Shown here piece after piece: positions 10,689-20,000 of a stretch of 20,000 bases of DNA. The stretch's first letter is position 1. Every line of letters begins with the position of its first letter. Below the pieces are notes generated by a model. It searched no databases and was not told the DNA's origin. It saw only the letters and a list, made by a program, of their open reading frames with translations. This DNA comes from Catajapyx aquilonaris (lineage: Eukaryota), in contig JYFJ02001425.1 of the NCBI GenBank assembly GCA_000934665.2, positions 61,002 to 81,001 of the forward strand. Reading direction: 5' to 3'. Position numbers and translations under genes: made by a program.

Positions 10689-11174
10689 TTATACATCATT
10701 GTCACACACCACATGAGGACAGCATTTTGGCCAAGGTCCGTTGCCATACTCGATGTGACATCCAAATTCAGCGTGAGGCCAGCCACAACTGTCAATTATT
10801 CAAAGTTAATATTGCAGTATACAATTATTAGACTATCAGTATTTATATGCATGGTACTACGGTTTATTAGAAAGATGGCATTGCGTTGCTCTACCTACGT
10901 TGCCACTGGATAAATGCGGAGTTCTTCATCGCACCATAACAGCCTGCATGCTTCAGGGTCGGGAAACTGCTGTCCCGCGGGGAACTGCTGTCCTCCAGGC
11001 ATTACGCAGTACCCTTGGTCGTTCTCATCTTCTGAAGTGCAATAATTATTATAGTAGCATAAGACAACATTGTGGTACACAAGAGCGTGGACTAATCCCA
11101 CCTGGAGCGGGGAGGGCCTCCAGATAATTGAAAGCAATGGTAAAAACCAGCAGGATAATCAGAGGACGACTCAT
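10689..11174 (-). CDS. SVWC-domain secreted protein 7 (101 aa); exons 11174-11102, 11031-10899, 10788-10689
   Basis: MSRPLIILLVFTIAFNYLEA signal peptide; GYCVMPGGQQFPAGQQFPDPEACRLLWCDEELRIYPVATCGWPHAEFGCHIEYGNGPWPKCCPHVVCDNDV; AATAAA 10545-10540. Confidence 0.93.
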
Positions 11175-11177
11175 CTC

Positions 11178-11284
11178 GACTGAATTCAAAGTCAGAGTAA
11201 GGCAAATATTTATCTTTTTTATAGCCGGGGTAGTCTCCCCTGTTGCAAGCTGCAGGCTGGTGATAATTTAACAGCTTCTTCCTG
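11178..11284 (-). promoter_or_regulatory. SVWC7 promoter: CAGGAAG (11284-11278), ATTATC (11267-11262), TATAAAA (~11223-11217), Inr-like TCAGTC (11183-11178)
   Basis: Ordered set of core and upstream motifs shared with paralogs. Confidence 0.65.
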
Positions 11285-11674
11285 CTGTTGATCTGATATT
11301 GTCGAGTACGACAATACCCGAATGCCATGATGCTAAATTATTTACTGTATCAATCTGGCAAACGACGTAGTTAAATGCGGTCGGAAATCGGCTCATTTTT
11401 GTCACCCAGGGTAAGCAGATTTGTTGATCTTAGGTATAATTGACGTCAGTCATTCAGAAATCAATAAAGCTATTTATTGAACGAGCATGATACGAAATGG
11501 AGAAACTTTCTACAATTGCACACAAGCAGTGCATATTTTAAAATAAGAATATGCAAGATATGTAGATGAAAGACGATGTAAGAGCATACTAAATAAGAGT
11601 TAGTGAGTGTCAGGTAAAGGAGTGGTTGAGAGGTGTGCCGCTGGAGCATATATTAATTTTCCGGGAGTAGGTCT

Positions 11675-12148
11675 TCATTCTTCATCTTCACACACCACAT
11701 AAGGGCAGCAGTCTGGGAAATCTCCTGAGCCATACTCCACGTCACAGCCAGGTCCAAAATGTGGCCAGTCACACCTGCAATGAAAGTTTGTTTTAGATAC
11801 GTATAACTTATAGATAATACTACTGATTATAGTATAGTCTATGGAAGTTTAGAGTATACAATATTTGTTATTTAGAGGGATGATAGTACTCACGTTGCAA
11901 TTAGCAAGGGTCCGTAATCCTTGCACATAAAAAGAGCGCATTGGTCTGGCTCGTGAAATTTCTGACCCACGGGGATGTGATCCCCAGCAGAAGTTACGCA
12001 GGATTTCTCATCACCTGAAAGTTCAATTAGTGTAACAAATAGGCACATTTTCTGAGTAGGCCAATATAATCTGACCTTGATCAGGGAGGGCCCCAACGGA
12101 ACTAAGGGCAATGGCAACAGCCAACAGGAACAGCACAAGACGACCCAT
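11675..12148 (-). CDS. SVWC-domain secreted protein 8 (97 aa); exons 12148-12076, 12014-11894, 11774-11675
   Basis: MGRLVLFLLAVAIALSSVGA signal peptide; KSCVTSAGDHIPVGQKFHEPDQCALFMCKDYGPLLIATCDWPHFGPGCDVEYGSGDFPDCCPYVVCEDEE; AATAAA 11478-11473. Confidence 0.93.
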
Positions 12149-12158
12149 CTCCACTGTT

Positions 12159-12268
12159 GACTGAATCCAGAGTGAAAATAAGCTGAAACAGCGACACTTA
12201 TTTATTGGGCCTATCTTTTTCTGCCAGGATGCAAATTACTAGGACAGCGATAATTTTGCAGCTTCCTG
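12159..12268 (-). promoter_or_regulatory. SVWC8 promoter: CAGGAAG (12268-12262), ATTATC (12254-12249), AT-rich box (~12205-12198), Inr-like TCAGTC (12164-12159)
   Basis: Same motif order as SVWC7. Confidence 0.6.
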
Positions 12269-13120
12269 CTAACGATTTTGTATAGGCCTGATATCTAATA
12301 TTTATATTATTTTCAGCCTCCATACAAATAGCCGAACTCCATATAATATAAAACACAAAAATGCAGCAAACGACAGCGGTATAGCAATATTACAATATTA
12401 TTTTTCAATGTGGGATACACATTTCTGACTTTTAAGACGTCCAACGGAAGCTATTGCGTCCGTTGTATTTTCATTGTCATCGTCACAGTCACACACTTGA
12501 CCTTTCCTCCACTACTTATGCATCGCTAAGGTAAAATCATGACTTTTGTGACTCAGTGTTGCTTTTTTACATGGCTATATACCGCACTGAATTATTGGAC
12601 AAGTTTCTTGTCAGATGCATGATAACCTACCAGGACTTACAGTTAGCTACATAGTCAGCTAGTCTTTGCTGTGTGTTGCGTACTCATTATATCGTTAGGC
12701 TGCTTATTTTAATCAACAAATGAGAGGATAGTATTTTGCATCCTCAGGGATTTATACCCCACAGGGTATGAGGTGAGCACGCGTACATACCGTATACCTC
12801 TTGATAATAGTGAATTTGAATTAGAACTACAGTATTTTTAATATTGTGCAATCATGCTGGGTTGACACGTCTTCTGTATTCCCGTCAACTTCACTTTAAA
12901 ATTGAGAGTCAAAATTCCGGAGATGGTTGTGGATATAGACCTGCACAATTAAGCGTGTGGAATAATAGCAACAACAAGCTAGGAGCTCTTCTAATTTTAT
13001 TCTGAATAATATTATTATAATCCCTTTCGCTCAAGTAACAGAAATAATGTGTTTTATATGATGAGACACAAAAAATTTAACGAGTCGTAAGGCATCTTCT
13101 AATCAGTGTGTATGTCCCGT

Positions 13121-15767
13121 TCAGCAATGGGCACTTGTTTCTGAAATGTAAAGTCGCAGTAATAATAATCGCAAATAGATAAGTTAATTTATGAAATGGA
13201 GAAACATGCCGACCTTTTGAGCAGGTCAGCGTGTCGTTCTGATGCATGAAACCATCTGGACAAACACAAGATACTTTTGATGACCTCTCGTTGATTTGAG
13301 GCGCTGCAAGGCAGAGATGAGAACATAACCTGTTTCTGTTATCCAGGCAGTAATTGATTCCTTCTGGTTGACGCAGTTTGTGATAAATCAGAACCGGGCT
13401 GTGGGGCTGTAACGGCATGAATGAGTGATGGTATGTGCAAATGAAAAAAAAAACAACTCCAGTACAATAGCATAAATGCTTACTCTGGTTGAGCGTAGTC
13501 GAGTAACGTTTTCACCATTAAATTTGTTCGCTTTATAAACTACGCCATCCACATGTGTCCAATATATCCAATCTTCAAAGGTGGAAACACTAGTAGAAAA
13601 TGGCCGATTCAAATTAGTGCCGTGACCAATGATGACTTGTCTCTTGGATCCGTCATAGTTGCAGGAAGAAACGACACGTTGCGTGAGGTCCACGTAGTAT
13701 ATTTTTTTAAAGACTAGGTCCAGTGTCAAGCCGACGGGTTGTGCGTCCACATTAGACACGATGGTGTGACGACGAGTTCCGTCCATTCCTGCCCTTTCAA
13801 TTACACCACTTGGTCCGTTTTTGGTGTCCATATTGTTTGTCCAGTACATCCATCTGTGAACATCCAACACAGTAGATACCGATATGCCCATATAGTGCGC
13901 TCTATCATGAAGGTGTACAAATAGCACTTACCCGTCTAATGGATTAACAGCGATAGATGTCGGTTTCACGAGACTGCCCCAAAACAGCTTCTTCTCATTC
14001 CTTCCATCCAAGTCGGCAACTGAAAGCGTGTTTTTCTCAGAGTCTGTCCAGTATATGTGACTATAAATCCAGTCCACTGCAAGACGCACACTTCTGGTCG
14101 TGCCTGACAAGATCACATCAGCGATTGTGCTTCGGTTATCAATGGAAGCCCTAGAGGTTTAAAGCGGAGGGAATAACTGGCGAGTCACGGTGACAATATA
14201 CCACAGACAATCTCTTAAGGAGCCCTGACGGCCCTGACACACCGTCTTATCACAATGCCATACCTTAGCCTATTTAAACCCTTGCCAACTGCAGCTTACA
14301 TACCTGCGGATATAATAACTATTGACGCCAAACTCGTAGTTCCAGAATACTATTCCTTGAGCATAGTCATAGTCCATGGCAGTTATTTGGGAGGTGGGGG
14401 GTATCTTCACAACAGGCTTTTCAATGTCGTCAGCGTCCAGTGACACCAGCTTGATGTCATTGTGCTGGATCATGAGTGAGGCACTTTCTGCAGCCTTGCA
14501 TCTGGACTGGTCTTCTGTTTCCGCCTGGTAAGGGGCCTGGCATTCGCACCTGAAGCTTCCTGGACTGTTTATGCATGTCTGGGAGCAGATGCCTAGTATG
14601 TCGCACTCGTCCACATCTGAAAGTAATATCACAGTGAATGTTGCAGACAGCAATATTTTCTCGTTGATGATGACACTTTTACCTTCACATGTGCCGTTCC
14701 CCACTAGTGTGAACCCTTCATTGCATTCGCACTGAATCCCTTCCCGAGTGCCAACGCATATCTGGGAGCATCCTCCATTGTTGTCTCTGCACTGGTCGCA
14801 GCAAATCTCGTTGTTTTCGTCCTCCCAGTTTCCGCAGTCGTTATTCTGGTCGCAGGTCTTGTTCAGAGGAATGCACATGCCTCTTTTGCAACTGAACTCG
14901 TTTTCACCGCAGTGGGTGCTAGGAATGGCTGAAAAACGAGTTAATGTGACATGTTGTATGTGACAGTTAGGTACGCAATATAATGCTTATAGCCTACTGC
15001 AGTTTTCTTCGTCACTTCCATCTTGGCAATTGGTACTTCCATCGCATTGCTTTAGGCCATCAAAACACTCCTTGTTGTTGCTGCACTGGAACTGGTCAGG
15101 GCGACATGTTAAATAAGGTAAGCAACTTATGTGGGTTTCATCCGAATTATCGTCGCAGTCTCTCAAACCATCGCACTTCCATCTGCTGGGAATGCACCAT
15201 TTGCCATCAGCACAGGGAAATGTTCCCTCACCACAACCACGACAGGGCTAAAATGATAACGTATAATGTGATCACACACAGTAGTACCGGTGCTGACAAG
15301 GATTTATTACGATATAATATTAGTTGCCATTATTGAATTCCTGCCTATAGAGACAGGCATTTATTGGAAAATGAAAGGTGGAGAAAAGGCTTGCCTGGTG
15401 TTCATCCGAATTATCGTCGCAGTCTCTTGCTCTATCGCACACCCATCTGCTGGGAATGCACCTTTTGCCGTCAGCACAGCGAAATGTTCCCCCAACACAA
15501 CCACGACAGGGCTAAAATGATAACGTAATGTGATCACTCACAGTAAGTAACGGTGCTGACAAGGATTTATTACGATATAATATTTAGTTGCCATTATTGA
15601 ATTCCTGACTAGAGACCGATATTCATTGGAAAATAAAAGGTGAGAATATAGACTTGCCTCTTCATCTGAACCATCTTGACAGTCTCTGTCATTGTCACAC
15701 AAATAGGCTCTTCGTATGCACTTTTCTCCATTCTTGCACGCAAATTGATCCACTTGACAAACAACTG

Positions 15768-15838
<71 letters not shown>

Positions 15839-18705
15839 TTTAATGAGAATTAAATGTTGCAGGCAGATGCTCACATGCAGAGTTATTATTATATTTCTGT
15901 AAAAGTTACTATGGCTGTCTTGCATAAAACATGCACTTATGATTCTTATGTTGCTGGTGAAATTATTACTACCGTATTACCTCACTCGACCTCACCATGC
16001 CGGTGTAGTCGAGGTCGACCAGATTTTTAAAATGCACGATCTGGTGGCCATACTGGCATGCCGGTCTAAGCGAGGTATGCCGGCATAAGGCGAGGTTTCA
16101 CAGCATATAATTATTATAACGATCTCAGTGAATATTATTATTTCTCAAATGAATGCATTGCATCATGTTCTACGGTGCGGATACAGCCCAAGACACATTT
16201 ATTACCTGTTACGTCCCATAAGATCGTTCGTTAAGTCCATATTCACAGCAACATTACAATTATTCAAAGTACAAGGCTGCAAGAAGGGAAGCATACCCAC
16301 CAGGATATTTCATACGCTGGGTTTGAATTTTATTATCTGAGTGACGAGGTTTCTCAGACATTGATACCACTACCGTGACTACTCAAAGTGATTCTCTGAA
16401 TGCCAACGTGATCTACGACCAGCCAACTATTGAGGAATACGAAGGACTGAACGACTGAAGGAATTTGCCTGAATCCTCTGTAATGTTTAGGGGGGTTCCC
16501 CTCTCAGAGGAAGCTGAATATAAGATTGATGGTCACACTCTGTGGTCTATGGCCTATGAAACATAATTATGAACTTGCATATTCTCACAGCCCTACCCTC
16601 GCATATTTTTCACTTTAACATTATTTTAGTACAGTACCAGATGCATTCCAAAAAATTTGACAAGGATCAAAACTAAATTATTGAAATCTACCTCGGTTAT
16701 TGCGGCATTTCCGGCCACCCCCAGGTTATACCACCATGCTGGTCGACCTCGTTTTATTCCCGCATGCCGCTTTATATGAGGTAATACGGTAATAAGGGTT
16801 ATAGTTGTAGATCGGCACTGGTTTTTCACTGTGCCTTGTGTAAAGTATAAATGTTACTAGCAGAAACAATAGGAGATCCACGGTAAACATTTTTCCAGGT
16901 GGGGTATAACTCACATCAGAATGCTGTATATAGGTGTACAGTACATATAGTTATCAGACCCTAGATATGTTTAGTATATAATTAGGCTATACAGTCATAT
17001 TCTTAGCAAGTATTATATACGACGTTAAAAAGGGAATGAAGGAGGAATTAAATGAAAAAGAATAAAAATGAAGCATAGAACGCTCAAAGCCCATAGAAAT
17101 GAATCGGCGAATGAAGGCACTATATAATATTATGATCTGTCATGAACCTTAAAGTCACCCGCCTGCGAGTGGTGCAAAATATTTTCAGAAAGTGAAAGGA
17201 GTTTGATAGATGCGCCTCTGCCAGGCCAATGGAATGGAACTACTGCATAACACCATTCGCATGTGGGTTGTACTGTAAATATTTAATAATTATCAGCACT
17301 CTGACCATTAAAGAGGATTATTTTAGTGACCCTATTTCACCCACGTGAGTAATACTCCATGAATGGAGTTTATTATTAAGACTCACCTGAGGAATTTGCT
17401 CCGGTGAAGAGATGAGGGCCGAAGAAAGTTATCTGCCATACAATGCCAAATCCAAAGGGAATGAAAAGAATTTGTTTCATCCTGAATAATTACAAGCTGC
17501 AAAGAAAGTTCAAAAGTAAGAATAATGACATCTTTACAACGTTGGCACATTTCTACTGTAAATAGTTGTACAAGCACAATACCATATTTTTCAGTTGGTA
17601 GAAACATGATATTATCTCTATTCTAAAGCATTTCAATTGGGATGCGTTTATGGATTGAAGAAGGTCGCTATGAGCATAAAAATGCATCGAGTAGCTTTGT
17701 TTTTTTGTTGTATATTAAAGTGGATATTCGCAACGCTAAATTCAATTTGTCAAAGAATTGAGTAGGCTACGTGATATTTACTTTCTGCCCTGGAAATCCT
17801 CAAAAATCCTTGTCAAAGATGCATTTACTGGACGCCCTGTGTGCTTGTCTGAATTTTTTAAATGCCCAGAAATTGTCCTGGCCGTAGAATAGGCCAATAA
17901 CAAATTTGAAACATGTCCTTTCTCACAAGCTCCTCAAGCTGACATATGTTTATACAGTGGTGTTTCCACCTCTTGCGACCCAATAAAAAGTGTTTAGTCC
18001 GAGGTTTAGTCATACCAACAACACAGAATTCATCTTTTATATTAGTTGTTAAAACAACTTAATGTCGACATAAACGAATATAGGCTACTACCTGAAACAA
18101 TTGCTGATCCTCACTCGACAGTAAGCCCCCCAGACAAAAGCAATTTAACAACGACCATACCCCAAATTTATCGCTCTTTTAAATATCTGAAGCAGATAGT
18201 ACTAGTAGTGTATTCGTCTATGACTATGTAATAACTGGTAATAACAAAGCATGATAAAGCGGAGAAACCTGATATTGAATTGACGCATTGTGTCAAAAAA
18301 TTGCGATGGCATAATGTTAGATTTTACATTATGGGAATTTGTGTAGTCTAATAATGAGGAACCTAATAAAATATAATTATTATACAATATATAGGTTCAT
18401 TAAAATACATTACATGAATAGGTGTGAAGATTGAAGCTTACTCCAATTTACTTGAAGCACAGGGGAAGGGAACGCTATCTTAATGAAATGGTATGGAATG
18501 TCCGATAATGGCTAATTATTAGAAGTGAATGGAATAATTAATTAATGCCAAATCAAGATGAAGCGCTAGTTGTCTTAGTCTAGTAATTCAGTTGTTGAAA
18601 CATGTTTCGTGGTGTTACAAAGGTTACATATTAATTAATGTAATGTAACTTAATTGAAATTAGCAATAATAATTTGAACACCGACTCAGCCAGCACTTAC
18701 CTCAT
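13121..18705 (-). CDS. Lipophorin receptor/VLDLR-like LDL-receptor family protein, ~644 aa, predicted secreted (signal peptide, 5 LA repeats, EGF-A, EGF-B, YWTD propeller, EGF-C, no TM); exons 18705-18701, 17481-17387, 15764-15658, 15511-15395, 15247-14998, 14928-14683, 14616-14304, 14150-13932, 13853-13484, 13406-13214, 13140-13121
   Basis: LA motifs (e.g. [14 protein letters not shown]), DVDEC Ca-binding [30 protein letters not shown], and [25 protein letters not shown] typical of arthropod LpR; all exon phases join into one open frame (1935 nt). Core exons 15764-13214 are high confidence; first two and last exons are less certain (alternative start ATG at 17480). Confidence 0.85.
15135..15657 (-). 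repeat. Tandem duplication of an intron+LA exon unit (~263 nt; 15657-15395 and 15394-~15135)
   Basis: Both introns and exons align closely (e.g. ggtgctgacaaggatttattacgatataatatt in both; exons differ at 12 of 111 nt). Confidence 0.92.
15769..15837 (+). repeat. (AAT)23 microsatellite abutting the LA1 splice acceptor
   Basis: Perfect trinucleotide run; explains the spurious poly-Tyr ORF. Confidence 0.97.
15970..16107 (+). mobile_element. MITE-like element, TA-CCGTA-type end (pogo/Tigger/mariner-like)
   Basis: Starts taccgtattacctca, internal catgccgg/cgaggt sub-repeats, degenerate right end; homologous inverted copy at 16685-16791. Confidence 0.6.
16685..16791 (-). mobile_element. Second, inverted copy of the same MITE family
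   Basis: tgaggtaatacggta (16777-16791) is the exact reverse complement of 15970-15984; ctggtcgacctc (16739-16750) matches 16011-16022 at identical 41-nt offset. Confidence 0.6.
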
Positions 18706-19947
18706 CACCCACGTCGACCCTGCAGTAACTAGAGTATTACTAAAAACCGAAGAAATTCACCGACAGGGTGAGCAGATTGACCCAAAGTGTCCGGAAGGGC
18801 CAAAGCAAGTACTGGACACTTGCATAGTGCATACGGCAAATATGTACTACGACCAATTCGGTCCAACCCGCCTCCTCCACTAGTGTCACCCTCGTATCTA
18901 TATCTCACACCTCCTTGTGGTTCCTGTCCACACCACACGCCTCGATTCGTCTTTCATGTCAGCGGGGAATTACCCACGGGCTGACCACAGCAAAATGCAA
19001 GGCAAAATGTGACGATATAGGATCGGAAGCAAAATACAATATGCTTCGGAGAGTTTTGCTGCACTGATGAAAGTACAGTATAATTGTATATTATGCTACA
19101 CAGGATTCTCGAAGTGACTAGGTACCCCATCGTGAATAGCAAACTTTTACGAGATTACGACTCTTTCCAGCCATTTTTATTGCATTTTTAAGGGTGCTGC
19201 AACCGGACCTTATAGTGGCGAAATATTTCAGACAAGGAACACATCTGGAGGCCCAAGTTAAAACCCCGTATCTTCGAAAATCACGTAAATGGATATTAAT
19301 GCACCAATATAATGCTGCACTCCTCTTTGCAAGCCACACATGTTGGTACAGTACAAAGCCCGTAACTGTAGGAGCAACCCTTACAAAGTTTTGGCCAATT
19401 GAAATCATGCCCTTTCATAATATACGGTAATGGAAGAAAAACACTTCAAACGCGACTATCTCGATATGACAAAAGGCAGAGAGATACAAGGTTTTGACTT
19501 GGGGCATCAGACATGCTATCAGTGAGTAACTTAGGGACCCCTTTTCCATAATCATCTAGTATAACGGACCCAGCTTCAAGAAGAAAAGGATTGAAAGGAT
19601 TGCCAGAAAATAATATCAACAATGTAACCAATTAAAGGACACTGCTGTATTTACTTGCGGCAAGGTAGATATAGGTATAAACTACCATTAATATAAATTA
19701 TTATACAGTATAATTATGTACAGTATATGTATATTATAAATTATGTTACTGTACACAGTGTGAGTATACTGTTTAGTGTATATTGTATGATACTCATATA
19801 CGTGTAACCTTCAACATAAAATTCACAGCACTGAAGCTGGAGAACAATCGTGCTTGCCGGTAGCAGTCGGCTAAAGGAGTATGTTATTACCAGACCCCTA
19901 ACCAAGAAATTAGCCTCCAACAGAGGTGCTGCCTAGGGGAGTGAGAT

Positions 19948-19998
19948 TTATTGTATCAGGGGGAAGAACAGAGGTGCTGCTTCCCCCTGATACAATAA
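19948..19998. repeat. Perfect 19-bp inverted repeat with 13-nt loop at window edge
   Basis: ttattgtatcagggggaag (19948-19966) / cttccccctgatacaataa (19980-19998). Confidence 0.93.
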
Positions 19999-20000
19999 GT

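Noticed and set aside
12840..13085. Possible decayed TM and cytoplasmic tail (LNFLCLII*NTLFLLL; YIHNHLRNFDSQF*...TED)
   Set aside because: Interrupted by stops, no NPxY, and AT-rich DNA yields hydrophobic residues by chance; suggestive at most.
15135..15657. Repeated units as a CRISPR-like array or micro-exon (cag|CACCG) series
   Set aside because: Eukaryotic exon-intron tandem duplication; the frame is complete without micro-exons.
15695..15925. Poly-tyrosine ORF
   Set aside because: Translation of the intronic (AAT)23 microsatellite.
16726..16914. ORF with signal-peptide-like [17 protein letters not shown] as an alternative first exon
   Set aside because: Only a weak donor (A|gtgaaa) follows and the ORF runs into a MITE; not supportable without transcripts.
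17600..19700. Assorted 60-96 aa ORFs and weak mariner-like ends (17830-17841, 17953-17960)
   Set aside because: AT-rich intronic/upstream DNA with no recognisable domains or paired terminal repeats.

Overview
Eukaryotic (most likely arthropod, compact genome with ~60-70 nt GT-AG introns) genomic DNA, so the ORF track mostly shows exon fragments. Manual splicing reveals: (1) an orphan 164-aa multi-pass membrane protein gene (458-952, -); (2) a dense tandem array of eight single-domain von Willebrand factor type C (SVWC; Vago/La1-like) secreted-peptide genes between 2049 and 12148 (seven intact, one pseudogene), all with the same 3-exon, phase-1/phase-2 structure and 8-Cys pattern, five sharing a CAGGAAG+GATA-like promoter element at the same distance from the ATG; (3) directly upstream, an 11-exon lipophorin-receptor/VLDLR-family gene (13121-18705, -) with only five LA repeats, two consecutive GC-AG introns, a recently duplicated LA exon dominated by amino-acid-changing differences, and apparently no transmembrane or NPxY tail, i.e. 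a predicted soluble receptor; (4) several MITE/HINE-like remnants, hairpins and microsatellites. All gene models were read by eye; no database searches were run and the organism is not identified.
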